DNA of 64,000 nt, taken from contig OZ244799.1 in assembly GCA_965219955.1 (NCBI GenBank), positions 1,792,001 through 1,856,000 of the forward strand. The letters are read 5' to 3'. The DNA is from a bacterium (lineage in GTDB: Bacteria; UBA8248). Numbering within the stretch: position 1 is the stretch's first letter; each line of letters begins with the position of its first letter. A model generated the notes under the pieces. That model ran no database searches and was not told the DNA's origin. It saw nothing but the letters and a program-made list of their open reading frames with translations. The position numbers were made by a program, and so were the translations under genes. Positions 10,078-19,602 of this stretch are shown here, piece by piece.

Positions 10078-10463
10078 AGTTTCTCATCGACGAATGTCTT
10101 AGCCCGACGCTCGCGGCCATCGCCCGAAAACAGGGGTTTCCGGAATCGACGCACGTGAGCTGGATCGGATTGAGGTCCCGGAAGGACTGGCTTCTCGTCC
10201 GGCGCGCGATCCGGGACGGATATGTGCTCGTAACGAACGACACGACGGATTTCGCTCCGCTCATGGAACGGGAGCGCGACCATCCCGGTCTCGTCTGTAT
10301 CAACGTAGCACACGGCCTCATGAGCCTGGACGTCCAAACGAAGCTGTTTGAGCATGCCTTGGCGCAATTGGCGGAGGTCGACCTCGCCGGTCAGGTTCTC
10401 GAAGTCACACTGACACCCGACCGCACGGTTCGGGTAGACAGATATGTTACGGGAGTCCGGTAA
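10074..10463 (+). CDS. DUF5615 PIN-like toxin (VapC45-like)
   Basis: KFLIDECLS, YVLVTNDTTDF; GTGA overlap with the DUF433 gene. Confidence 0.85.
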   Translation: MKFLIDECLSPTLAAIARKQGFPESTHVSWIGLRSRKDWLLVRRAIRDGYVLVTNDTTDFAPLMERERDHPGLVCINVAHGLMSLDVQTKLFEHALAQLAEVDLAGQVLEVTLTPDRTVRVDRYVTGVR

Positions 10464-10485
10464 CCGCGCCCAGGGCTCCCCCTGG

Positions 10486-10500
10486 AAATACACCTCGCCG
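10486..10500. repeat. Copy of the 3' tail of the 11306-12526 gene
   Basis: aaatacacctcgccg is identical to 11310-11324 and encodes GEVYF on the minus strand. Confidence 0.65.
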
Positions 10501-10611
10501 AGGCGGCGGGAAGCCAAGATCATTCAGCAGGCGGAAATTTGACGGAGAGAACCAAGTTTCGATAGGATAGGTGTGTATGTGCTTATGTGTATATGCACAG
10601 GAGATTGGCCC

Positions 10612-10848
10612 ATGAACCGATGGAACCTTTCCATCCCCGAAGAGACCGACCGCGCGGTCCGCACCTTTCTTGCGCGAAACGGCGGCAAGAAAGGAGACCT
10701 CTCCCGCTTCGTGGATGAAGCCGTGCGACGCCGCGTATTGGAACTCACCGTCAGCCGGGTCAAGGAGCGCAACGCCCGATATGACCAGCAAGACCTCCTC
10801 GATCTGATCGACGAGGAAGTGGACGCCGCGCGTGCGGGTCGTTCTTGA
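10612..10848 (+). CDS. Ribbon-helix-helix antitoxin
   Basis: RWNLSIPEETDRAVRTFLA..KGDLSRFVDEAV; RBS AGGAG; overlaps the PIN gene. Confidence 0.8.
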   Translation: MNRWNLSIPEETDRAVRTFLARNGGKKGDLSRFVDEAVRRRVLELTVSRVKERNARYDQQDLLDLIDEEVDAARAGRS

Positions 10849-11248
10849 CACCAATGTCCTGATCAGCGCCCTCATCACCACCGGCACCCCGCCGGACGGG
10901 TTGTACCGGGCATGGTTGCGCGGCGATATCGAACTCGTGACATCTGCCGCGCAAATCGCCGAGATAGCCGATGTAATTTCCCGTCCCCGCCTACAAAAAA
11001 TTTTGGACGCCGACGAAGCGATTGCCATCGTCGAGAACATCGGCAGCCGCGCCACCATCCTCGATAATCCGCCAGCAGTGAACCTATCTCCTGATCCAGG
11101 AGACAACCCGATTCTGGCCGCGGCAATCGCAGGTCATGCCGACCTGATCGTTTCAGGCGACAAGAAGCACATGCTCGCCCTCGCAGAGGTCGAAGGCGTA
11201 CCTATCGTGACAGCCCGCGAAGCTCTTCAACGTATAGGCAACACATGA
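10832..11248 (+). CDS. PIN-domain toxin (PIN_3 type)
   Basis: VVLDTNVLISAL, DPGDNPILAAA, IVSGDKKH. Confidence 0.9.
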   Translation: MRVVLDTNVLISALITTGTPPDGLYRAWLRGDIELVTSAAQIAEIADVISRPRLQKILDADEAIAIVENIGSRATILDNPPAVNLSPDPGDNPILAAAIAGHADLIVSGDKKHMLALAEVEGVPIVTAREALQRIGNT

Positions 11249-11305
11249 AGCTGAAAAGACCCATCACGGCGGCGGAAATCACTTGGCACCCGCCTTTACC
11301 CGCTC

Positions 11306-12526
11306 CTAAAAATACACCTCGCCGGGCCTGACGGGGGGCGTCCACTCGCACTCGCCGAAGGGGCCGTCGCCGTTTTCCTTGACGTAGGCGACGCGGTTCT
11401 CGTTCACGCTCTCTCCGATCAGGGCGCGGTGCAGCCAGTCGAGAATGTACTGGTGGTTGTCCACGCCGCCCAGGTTCGAGAGGCTCACCAGGGGGTGGAA
11501 CTGGTTCTCGAACACCCACATCTCCTTCTTGCAGGTCAAATCCTCATATACCTCGATGGCGTCCTCGAGCGGGCACAGCGGGTCGAACTCGCCCGTCACG
11601 AGCAGCGTGGGGCACTCAATCTTGTCCATGTAGCCCTTGACGGTCATGTTGCGCGCCATCTCGTCGAAGGCGTCCTCATCGTCCATGCCCGCCATGTACA
11701 TGAACACCTGCTTGAAGCGGGGTGAGGACTGCGTGAAGATGGTGTTGTTCGGATTAAAACACGCCACAGCGCTCGCGACCGCCGCCGCCCGGTGGTCGTA
11801 GCTCGCGAGACGAAGCGACCAGAAGCTCCCCATGCTGATGCCGTAGATGCCGATCTTGGTGGGCTCGATCTCCTCGCGCCCCAGGAGGTAGTCCATCACC
11901 GCCGCGCCCGCGCGCTCGTAGTTGTCGCCGACGGCGCGGATCTTCTGGATGTTGGAATTGCCCTGCCCCGGCCCGTCCATCGCAATGACGTGAAAGCCCC
12001 TGTCCGCCGCCACGTTGTGGCGCGCGTGGGGGAATACTTCTTTACTCTGATCCATGCCCGGCACGTAGATGATGCACGGCGCCTTTCTGCGGTCGGGCAG
12101 CAGGTGCAGGAGGCAGGAGATGGTCTTGCCGTCGTCGAAGGGCACCTCGACGCGCTCGATGGGATAAGACGCCGTCTCCGAGCGTCTGTCGACCACTTCC
12201 TTGAGCTTGTTGCAGAGATAAATCTTCACCGGGTTGTCGTCGTAGAAAATCGGGTGCTGCGCCATGCGGTAGGCCTCGATGGCGTGGTCGTAGTGCTCCG
12301 TGGCCGTGGCGTCGAAGCCCTCCCGCTGGGCCTTCTTGCCGAGTGTTTCGTGCGCTTCCGCGGACTCGCGCCAGACCTTGGGCAGCATCTGGTAGTTGTG
12401 GGCGCGCTTGCCCTGCGGGACTTCCAGGTAATCGCGCTCGAAGTTCTGGACGCGGCCCCTCATGTTCAGGGCCAGGTCGAGCATCCACTGCTGGTTGTCT
12501 CTTTCGGTGCGTAGTTTGCGAATCAT
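11306..12526 (-). CDS. Alpha/beta hydrolase (2,6-dihydroxypseudooxynicotine hydrolase-like)
   Basis: PGMDQSKE, DGPGQG, nucleophile GISMG, GEFDPLCP. Confidence 0.85.
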   Translation of the reverse strand: MIRKLRTERDNQQWMLDLALNMRGRVQNFERDYLEVPQGKRAHNYQMLPKVWRESAEAHETLGKKAQREGFDATATEHYDHAIEAYRMAQHPIFYDDNPVKIYLCNKLKEVVDRRSETASYPIERVEVPFDDGKTISCLLHLLPDRRKAPCIIYVPGMDQSKEVFPHARHNVAADRGFHVIAMDGPGQGNSNIQKIRAVGDNYERAGAAVMDYLLGREEIEPTKIGIYGISMGSFWSLRLASYDHRAAAVASAVACFNPNNTIFTQSSPRFKQVFMYMAGMDDEDAFDEMARNMTVKGYMDKIECPTLLVTGEFDPLCPLEDAIEVYEDLTCKKEMWVFENQFHPLVSLSNLGGVDNHQYILDWLHRALIGESVNENRVAYVKENGDGPFGECEWTPPVRPGEVYF

Positions 12527-12597
12527 TTTCCTCTCCACGTTTGAAAAATGGCAAAAAAGTTTCGCCGGGAAATTTAGCTGTTCCGGATTCGGGCGGA

Positions 12598-12627
12598 ATG
12601 CTAATCACGCCGACGTGATTCGGTCAA
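12598..12627 (-). promoter_or_regulatory. Putative promoter with a palindromic operator in the spacer
   Basis: TTGACC-18 nt-TAGCAT on the minus strand; AATCACG-N4-CGTGATT at 12603-12620. Confidence 0.45.
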
Positions 12628-12653
12628 TCCACCCGACTTAAAAGTACATTCCG

Positions 12654-13826
12654 CTAGCGGACGACGTCCTCCCTCCTGAGGGCAGCTATCTCCTCAACTG
12701 ACAAGCCGAGTTCCCCGAGCACCTCATCGCTGTGCTGCCCCAGCACCGGCGGGGGCCTGCGCACGGAAGCGGGCGTCTTGTCGAACTTCACGGGCACGCC
12801 GCCCAGTTGCAACACCCCGTATTCGGGATGCTCGGCGCGGGCCAGATAGCCCATTGCCTTCATCTGCGGGTCTTCATACAGATCCGTGGGCTTGCGCACG
12901 CGCGCGCAGGGCACGCCCTCGCCCTCGAACCTGCGCACCCATTCCTCGCCCGGCGCCGTGCGCAACACCGCCTGCACGAGGGGGATGATGACGCCTCGCG
13001 CATCGTGCCTCCCCCGGAAGGTTCGCCAGGCCTCTTCTTCGAGCAGCTCCGGGAGTTCGAGAATTTCCGAGGATTTCTCCCAGAAGCCGTCCACGTCCAT
13101 GTAAAGATAGATGTGGCCGTCGGAGACCTCGTAGACGCGGGCGATCCGGTCGTTCAGGGCGTCTTCCACCTCCGAGACGGGTTCCGTATCGCTCGCCCAA
13201 ATGAGGCGTCCGAACTGCATGGCCGTGGCCCCGCCCAGGAGCGATGCGTCGACCCGCTGGCCTTGGCCGGTGCGTTCGCGGGCGTAGAGCGCCATCATCA
13301 CCGCGCCGTAGGCGAGCGCGCCCGTCATGTAGTCCACGAAGGAGCCCTGTACGAGCTGCGGCGCGCCGCCCCCGCCCTGTTCGGCGGGGATGCCCGCCGT
13401 CGTCTGGATGATGGGGTCGATGCCGCGCCGCTCGCGCAGGGGGCCGCCCTGTCCGTAGGCGGATACCGAGAGATAGATGAGTCGGGGGTTCTCGCGCATC
13501 AGGGCGTCCGCGCCGAGGCCGAATTTCTCGATCGCGCCGGGGCGGTAGCCCTCCACGAACACGTCCACCTGCGAAGCCAGTTTTTGGGCGATCTTCCTGC
13601 CCTGTTCGGTGCGCAGATTGAGGGCGAGGCTCCTCTTGCTGCGGTTCAGCCCCAGGAAGAGCCTGCTCTCCCCGGCGAACGAAGACGGGAAATTCCGCAC
13701 GCGGTCGCCCTCGGGCGGCTCTAACTTCACCACGTCCGCGCCCGCGTCCCCCATCATCAGCGTGCAGAACGGCCCCGCCACGTAATGCGTGAGGTCCAGC
13801 ACCCGAATTCCTTCCAGCCCGTCCAT
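12654..13826 (-). CDS. CaiB/BaiF family III CoA-transferase
   Basis: LEGIRVLDLT..AGPFC, GADVVKLEPP, NRSKRSLALNL, PPPVLGQH. Confidence 0.92.
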   Translation of the reverse strand: MDGLEGIRVLDLTHYVAGPFCTLMMGDAGADVVKLEPPEGDRVRNFPSSFAGESRLFLGLNRSKRSLALNLRTEQGRKIAQKLASQVDVFVEGYRPGAIEKFGLGADALMRENPRLIYLSVSAYGQGGPLRERRGIDPIIQTTAGIPAEQGGGGAPQLVQGSFVDYMTGALAYGAVMMALYARERTGQGQRVDASLLGGATAMQFGRLIWASDTEPVSEVEDALNDRIARVYEVSDGHIYLYMDVDGFWEKSSEILELPELLEEEAWRTFRGRHDARGVIIPLVQAVLRTAPGEEWVRRFEGEGVPCARVRKPTDLYEDPQMKAMGYLARAEHPEYGVLQLGGVPVKFDKTPASVRRPPPVLGQHSDEVLGELGLSVEEIAALRREDVVR

Positions 13827-13871
13827 CTTAATCCTTGAAAATACTTGAAATATACATAATATCTATTTGTT

Positions 13872-14288
13872 TTACTGCCGTTTATTAACTATATCAATCT
13901 TCTCCATCAGCTTTTCATTCTTGCGCTCTTTGGGCACGATGAAGCGCTCGTTCGTCCCCCGGGCGACGAGTTCCACCTCGTCGTGTATCTCCACCTCGAA
14001 AACGCAGCGCCTGCGGTCACGCTCGACCAGCCGCGCCCGCGCCTCCACGCGCATCCCCCTGGGCGTTCCCGCCATGTGGGTGAGCGATACCTTCGTCCCC
14101 ACGCTCGTCTCATCAGGCCCCAGGTGCGCCGCCAGCGCGTCCATGGCGGCCTTTTCCATGAAGCGCACCAGTTCGGGCGTCGCCACCACTTCCGCGTTCG
14201 TGCCGCGCAGGTGCAGAGGAACGTGCTCCTCCGCCACGACGACGGCATACGTCCCCGCAAGCCCCGGCTGAATCACGTCTTCATTCAT
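13872..14288 (-). CDS. FlK-like hotdog thioesterase
   Basis: VATPELVRFMEKAA, SVGTKVSLTH. Confidence 0.85.
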   Translation of the reverse strand: MNEDVIQPGLAGTYAVVVAEEHVPLHLRGTNAEVVATPELVRFMEKAAMDALAAHLGPDETSVGTKVSLTHMAGTPRGMRVEARARLVERDRRRCVFEVEIHDEVELVARGTNERFIVPKERKNEKLMEKIDIVNKRQ

Positions 14289-14319
14289 GTGGGTTCACCA
14301 GGTGGCCGCGATACGGCGG

Positions 14320-15306
14320 CTAGCCGCCCATCGTGAGCACGATTTTCCCGAAAACTTTTCCGGTCATCAGCACGTCGTGGGATCGCGGCGCATCCGCCAG
14401 CGGCATCGTCTCCCCCACCGAGGCGCGCACCCTGCCGTCGGCCAGCATGAGGTCCAGCTGGCGAATCATCTCCGGGAATACGGGGTCTGAGTTGAACAGG
14501 CTTAGGCCCCGCACGTCGATGTCTTTGGAATAAAACGGCGGATAGTTCACCGAACCCACCGGGTTCTTGCCGGTGCCCGCGCCGAGCACGACGACCGTGC
14601 CGTATTTCTTGACCGCCCGGCAGTCGGCGTCGAAATTCTCCGCCGCCACCATCTCGATCACCGAATCCACCCCGAGGCCGCCGGTCTCGTCCAGGCAGCG
14701 CTCGGCGACATCCTCCTCTCGGTAGTTGACGACCACGTCTGCGCCGAACCCGCGGCAAAACGCGGCCTTTTCTTCTGAACTCACCGTCGTGATGACGCGG
14801 GCGCCGGCCGCCTTCGCTATCTGAATCCCCATGCAGCCCACGCCGCCCGCACCCGCGTGGATGAGCACCGTCTCGCCCGCCTTGAGCCCCGCCTTGTAAA
14901 TCAGCGCGTAATAGGCCGTGTACAGGACCACCGGGAGGGACGCGCCCTCCTCGTAGGAGAGGTTGTCGGGGAGTTTCGCCGTGCGGAAGGGGTTGAGAAT
15001 CGCCTTTTCGGCGTAAGAGCCGCTCACCGCCGCGCCGAACACCCTGTCGCCGGGGGCGAAGGAGCTTACGCCCTCGCCGACGGCCAGCACGTCGCCCGCC
15101 GCGTCGACGCCGGGCGTCCAGGGCAGGGCCAGGCTCTTCGAGAGCGGGTGCGCGCCCGAGCGGAAGGTGGTGTCCACGGGGTTCACGCCCGCCGCCTTCA
15201 CGTCCACCAGGATTTGTCCCGCCCCGGGCGTGGGGTCCGCCGCATCCTCGAGCACCATTACTTCGGGGCCGCCGAATTCATGCACGTGTATGGCCTTCAT
15301 CTTCAT
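14320..15306 (-). CDS. NADPH:quinone reductase (MDR family)
   Basis: AAGVNPVD, TPGVDAAG, HAGAGGVG, GKIVL. Confidence 0.9.
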   Translation of the reverse strand: MKMKAIHVHEFGGPEVMVLEDAADPTPGAGQILVDVKAAGVNPVDTTFRSGAHPLSKSLALPWTPGVDAAGDVLAVGEGVSSFAPGDRVFGAAVSGSYAEKAILNPFRTAKLPDNLSYEEGASLPVVLYTAYYALIYKAGLKAGETVLIHAGAGGVGCMGIQIAKAAGARVITTVSSEEKAAFCRGFGADVVVNYREEDVAERCLDETGGLGVDSVIEMVAAENFDADCRAVKKYGTVVVLGAGTGKNPVGSVNYPPFYSKDIDVRGLSLFNSDPVFPEMIRQLDLMLADGRVRASVGETMPLADAPRSHDVLMTGKVFGKIVLTMGG

Positions 15307-15499
15307 CTCCTGTCGAATTGGGGCGCCATGCGCCTCGTCGTTATCTCAAAAATGGACAATGGGTTGTTCCGATCCCCTATTCCTTATCACACATCGGGAG
15401 AAAATGCTCTTTCTTCCGGGGTCGCCCCCCGGCGAAGCGGCGAGAGCAAACACTCATTCATCAATCGCGTTTGACCTTCGATACAAACGCTCCTTTCCC

Positions 15500-15706
15500 G
15501 GGGTTGTTGAAAAACCCTGTTTCAGTGTCGGCGGCATGGAGGTTCACGCGGCGCAGGCGCGATGGTTTTGTAGGGACAGGCCTCCGTGCCTGTCCTGCCC
15601 TCCGTGGTTGCCCTTCATCAGGACAGGCACGGAGGCCTGTCCCTACGATGAACAATTCGATGATCGGGATTCCCTCCCTCCCCAGGGGGACTTTTTCAAC
15701 AACCCC
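15500..15706. mobile_element. MITE-like element with 15-bp TIRs carrying a GTAG-REP doublet
   Basis: Perfect TIR ggggttgttgaaaaa/tttttcaacaacccc; flanks ttccc/ttctc; uninterrupted target present at 29621-29653. Confidence 0.8.
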
Positions 15707-15761
15707 TTCTCAGTCGCGTTCGCCGCTCGGGTGGCCTGAGGCCTTCGGGATGCCTCAGGCC

Positions 15762-15789
15762 TTGACACGGAATTTTCAACGGAGATAAT
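15762..15789 (+). promoter_or_regulatory. Putative sigma70 promoter
   Basis: TTGACA-16 nt-GATAAT upstream of the TAXI gene. Confidence 0.5.
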
Positions 15790-15971
15790 GCCTCATTCTC
15801 ATCAGCGTAAACAAAAGCGCGCGCCCTGCCTTTGCGCGTAAGGGGCGGAGAATACCGACAGGCGGAGGACTCGAGTTCCCGGGGAACTCTGAATGGTCCT
15901 GAGCGTTCATCTGGTGATGAGAGGTCATCACCATGAGGTCTGCACGTTTTCACCATGAAAAGGAGCTTGTA

Positions 15972-16964
15972 ATGAAGAAATTCGCATTCCTGGCAACAGT
16001 GGCGGCAGCCGTGGCGTTTACCTTCGCCGCGGCCGATGCGGCCGAACGCTATCGCTTCGGCGGAGGCCCCTCCGGCGGCGCGTGGCACCCCTCCATCAGC
16101 GCGGGAACCCAGCTTCTGAACCGAAAGGTCGGACGGAAGTTCTACTTCCAGTATTCCCCCTCGGCCGGTTCGGTGGCCAACGTCCGCCGCGTGAGCCTGG
16201 GCGAGTTCGCCACCTCGTGGGGACACGTCGGCCAGGTGTATCAGTCCTGGACGGGCACCGGCCTGTTCAAGAAAGACGGCGCCAACAAGGACTTCCGCAT
16301 CGTCGCCAACGTCCGCGCGCAGTCGCAGATCATCGCCGTGCTGGCGGACAGCCCCATCAAGTCCTACAAGGACATGGTCGGCAAGCGCGTGAACCTGCTC
16401 AAGCAGGGAACCGGCAGCCACGTGAACTGCAAGAACATCTTCGCCGCCGTCGGCATCCTCGACAAGATCCAGCCGCGCTACCTGGGCTTCTCCGCCTCGG
16501 GCCGCGCCCTGGGCGACCGCCAGATCGACGTGTACTGCTCGGCCGGCGCGCCGTTCACCATCCCGGCCCTCACCCGGCTCTCCATCCAGAAGCCGGTGCG
16601 CTACATCAGCCTGAGCGAGGCCGAGCAGAAGAGTGTGACCGGCGCTCACAAGTTCTACGTGCCGATCACCATTCCCGTCCAGAAAGAAGTCCGCGGAATG
16701 AAAGAGCCGGCGCGCTCCATCGCCTACGACGTCTGGTGGATCGCCCACAAGCAGATGTCCAACGACGCCGTATACAACATGCTCAAGGTCATCGCCTCGC
16801 CCGAGAACCTCAAGCAGCTGACCAAGACGGCGCGCTACTGGCGTGACCTGAGCGGCAACTTCAACGCCCTCAAGGTGCACAAGATCTGGGTGCACCCCGC
16901 CGCCGCGCGTTACTGGAAAGAACGCGGCGTGAAGGTGCCCGACGAGGTCGTGAAAGGCTTCTGA
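15972..16964 (+). CDS. TAXI-family TRAP solute-binding protein
   Basis: Signal peptide, GGGPSGGAW, SAGSVANV, HPAAARYWKERG; RBS AGGAG. Confidence 0.9.
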   Translation: MKKFAFLATVAAAVAFTFAAADAAERYRFGGGPSGGAWHPSISAGTQLLNRKVGRKFYFQYSPSAGSVANVRRVSLGEFATSWGHVGQVYQSWTGTGLFKKDGANKDFRIVANVRAQSQIIAVLADSPIKSYKDMVGKRVNLLKQGTGSHVNCKNIFAAVGILDKIQPRYLGFSASGRALGDRQIDVYCSAGAPFTIPALTRLSIQKPVRYISLSEAEQKSVTGAHKFYVPITIPVQKEVRGMKEPARSIAYDVWWIAHKQMSNDAVYNMLKVIASPENLKQLTKTARYWRDLSGNFNALKVHKIWVHPAAARYWKERGVKVPDEVVKGF

Positions 16965-16996
16965 TTCTCGCAACGATAACCCGGCGAGAAATCGCG

Positions 16997-17039
16997 CCCG
17001 GGGAGGAGGAGAAACCGGGAAAACCTCCTTCTCCCCGGG
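16997..17039 (+). terminator. GC-rich hairpin after the binding-protein gene (terminator or stabiliser)
   Basis: cccggggaggagg..ccttctccccggg stem followed by a T-rich tract. Confidence 0.5.
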
Positions 17040-17105
17040 ATTCTTTCGCTTCACGGCTTTTCTCGCCATTCAAGGCCCGCTCGCCCGGGCCGAGGTAAGG
17101 ACGCC

Positions 17106-19574
17106 ATGTACCGAAATCTCCTGCCCTTTTTGATGAAGATCGGCCTCATATCGGACGAGATGGTCGTCCCGCGCGACCTGCGGGGCTATTCGCGCGTCAT
17201 CGTCTCGATTATTTCCGTCGCGTTTTCCTACTTCTTCGTTCATATCTCATACTTCGGCCCCCCGCGTTCGGAGATATTCAAGGGCGTCTACATTCTCGCG
17301 ACCGCCACGCTGTGCGTCCTCGTCTACAAGGGCAGGCAAAGGCCCGTCCGCGAGGGCTTCGCCTATCTCGATGAAATCTTCTCGTTCCTCGCCATCGTCG
17401 TCATGTGCGCGTCCCTGGCCCTGTGGGCGTACTGGGGCGCATTCTTCGGCGACGTGCTCTGGAGCGAATTCATGGTCGGGGGAGCCTACCTGGTCGCCCT
17501 GGCAGGCGGACTGTTCGGCGCGTTCCTCTACCGGTTCGAAGCCACCGCAGAGCGCGTATCGGAATTCCCGACGCTCTCGGACTGGCTGTTCATCATATCG
17601 GCCGTCTCCCCCATCATCTGGTGGAACATCTACAACATCGAGCTCACCACGCGCATCGGCGGTCCCGTGCCCACCTCGGTGGTGATATACACGCTGCTCC
17701 TGACGGTGGTGAGCTTCGACATCGCCAGGCGCGTCATCGGCCCCGTCATCCCGTTCATCGGCTTCCTGTTCCTGATCTACAGCTTCAAGCCCATCGCGCA
17801 GATATCGCCGGGACTTCTCTATCACGAGGGCTTCGGGCTCGACCGCGTGACCGAGTTCCTCATGCTCGAGGCCGACGGCCTCACCGGCCTCATCGTCGAG
17901 GTCTTCGCCACCTACATCGTCATCTTCGTCGTCCTGGGCGCCTTTCTGGAAAAGACGGGCCTGGGCGAATTCCTCATCGACGCCACCTACCGGGTGACGG
18001 GCCAGAAGACGGGCGGCCCCGGCCTCACGGCCGTCATGTCGAGCGGGCTGTTCGGCATGATCTCGGGCAGCGGCGTGGCCAACGTGGTGACGACGGGCAC
18101 GTTCACCATCCCCCTCATGAAGCGGGTAGGCTACCGCTCGGAGTTCGCCGGCGCGGTGGAGGCCGCCGCATCCACGGGAGGGGCCTACATGCCGCCCATC
18201 ATGGCGGGCGGGGCCTTTCTCGTCGCGCAGCTCACCGAAACCTCCTATTTCGACATCGTCAAGATAGCGACGCTCCCGGCCATTCTCTATTATCTCTCGG
18301 TGGGCTACATGGTCTTCATCCGCGCCGTGCGGCGCGGGCTCCACGGCGTCGACCCCTCGGAGTTGCCCCCCTGGAGCAGAATCATCCCGCGCCTCCACTT
18401 CCTGCTGCCCATCCCCGTGATGGTGTACTACCTCGTCATCGGCGATTCCGCGTTCCTGGCGGCCTTCAAGACCATCTGCCTCATCGTGATGCTCAAAACC
18501 TGCGAGCTGCTCTCGAACATCAAGGTGCCCACCGCCGATCAGACGGCCCGCCCGTTCCTGTTCGTCTCGATCGCCTTCGGCGTCTTCTCCTATTTCTTCG
18601 GCCTCACGGTCGGCGCGCCGTTCGCCTGGTTCGCGGACACGCTTCGCGGGATGAACTGGGGAGACGCCCTGTTCTGGACGGTGACGGCGTTCATCGTCCT
18701 GAAGCTCGCCGAGATCATCTCGACCGGCTTGAGGGCGGAGACCGGGGAGCCCGAATACGATACGGGGCCGATCCTCTTCAGGCGGCTGTGGGAACTCGTG
18801 GTGGATATCGTCAGGATCACCTGGATTTCCCTCGAAGCGGGCGCGCGGAACACGCTCGTCATCGGCTGCATCGCGTGCGTGCTGGGCATCCTGCTCTCCT
18901 GCGCCACGCAAAGCGACCTCTCGGGCCGCATCTCCATACTTCTGACCGAGTTCAGCTTCGGCCTGCTGCCGCTCACCATCCTCTGGGTGATCATCGCGGG
19001 CTACATCGTCGGCATGGGCCTGCCCATCACGGCGAGCTACGTCGTGCTGGTCATCTTCGGCGTCATCGCGCTCACCAACCTGGGCGTGCCGACCCTCCAC
19101 GCGCACCTCATCTGCTTCTGGGTGGCCGTCGTGAGCGCCGTGACCCCGCCGGTCGCACTGGCGGCCTACGCGGCGAGCGCCATCGCGGTGTCGGACCCGG
19201 TCAAGACAGGCTTCCAGGCGCTGAAGCTCGCCTCGTGGCTCTTCATCATGCCGTTCCTGTTCGTCTACACCCCGCTTCTCCTGGACGGCACGACGACCGA
19301 GGTGACAATCACCTTCATTGCCTGCCTCATCGGCATCGTCGGCTGGACCGGGTGGATGGAGAACTTCATGACGCGGTACGCGAACGGCCTCGAGCGCGCG
19401 TTGATGTTCATCGGCTCGGTGTGCCTGCTCCTGCCCGTGGGGAATTTCGTGGTATTCATCACCCCGCTGGAGGGAGACTTGCGGTACGTCTCCTACGGCG
19501 TCGGCGTCATCTCCCTGGCAGCCGTGTTCGTCATGCAGCGCACGCGCGGCGGGGTGGACCCCGAACCCGCGTAA
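17106..19574 (+). CDS. TRAP transporter fused 4TM/12TM permease
   Basis: GMISGSGVANVVTTGTFTIPLMK, AVEAAASTGG, GMGLP, TPPVALAAY. Confidence 0.92.
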   Translation: MYRNLLPFLMKIGLISDEMVVPRDLRGYSRVIVSIISVAFSYFFVHISYFGPPRSEIFKGVYILATATLCVLVYKGRQRPVREGFAYLDEIFSFLAIVVMCASLALWAYWGAFFGDVLWSEFMVGGAYLVALAGGLFGAFLYRFEATAERVSEFPTLSDWLFIISAVSPIIWWNIYNIELTTRIGGPVPTSVVIYTLLLTVVSFDIARRVIGPVIPFIGFLFLIYSFKPIAQISPGLLYHEGFGLDRVTEFLMLEADGLTGLIVEVFATYIVIFVVLGAFLEKTGLGEFLIDATYRVTGQKTGGPGLTAVMSSGLFGMISGSGVANVVTTGTFTIPLMKRVGYRSEFAGAVEAAASTGGAYMPPIMAGGAFLVAQLTETSYFDIVKIATLPAILYYLSVGYMVFIRAVRRGLHGVDPSELPPWSRIIPRLHFLLPIPVMVYYLVIGDSAFLAAFKTICLIVMLKTCELLSNIKVPTADQTARPFLFVSIAFGVFSYFFGLTVGAPFAWFADTLRGMNWGDALFWTVTAFIVLKLAEIISTGLRAETGEPEYDTGPILFRRLWELVVDIVRITWISLEAGARNTLVIGCIACVLGILLSCATQSDLSGRISILLTEFSFGLLPLTILWVIIAGYIVGMGLPITASYVVLVIFGVIALTNLGVPTLHAHLICFWVAVVSAVTPPVALAAYAASAIAVSDPVKTGFQALKLASWLFIMPFLFVYTPLLLDGTTTEVTITFIACLIGIVGWTGWMENFMTRYANGLERALMFIGSVCLLLPVGNFVVFITPLEGDLRYVSYGVGVISLAAVFVMQRTRGGVDPEPA

Positions 19575-19602
19575 TTCAAAAGAATCCCGAGAAGGAGGCA
19601 CC

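Noticed and set aside
10591-10602. atatgcacagga shared with 59590-59601
   Set aside because: A 12-bp match is at chance level and the contexts differ
13831-13850. 10-bp tandem repeat at(c/a)cttgaaa in an AT-rich gap
   Set aside because: Too short to support an operator call without comparative data
15860-15960. Hairpins in the TAXI leader as a riboswitch
   Set aside because: No known aptamer consensus recognised
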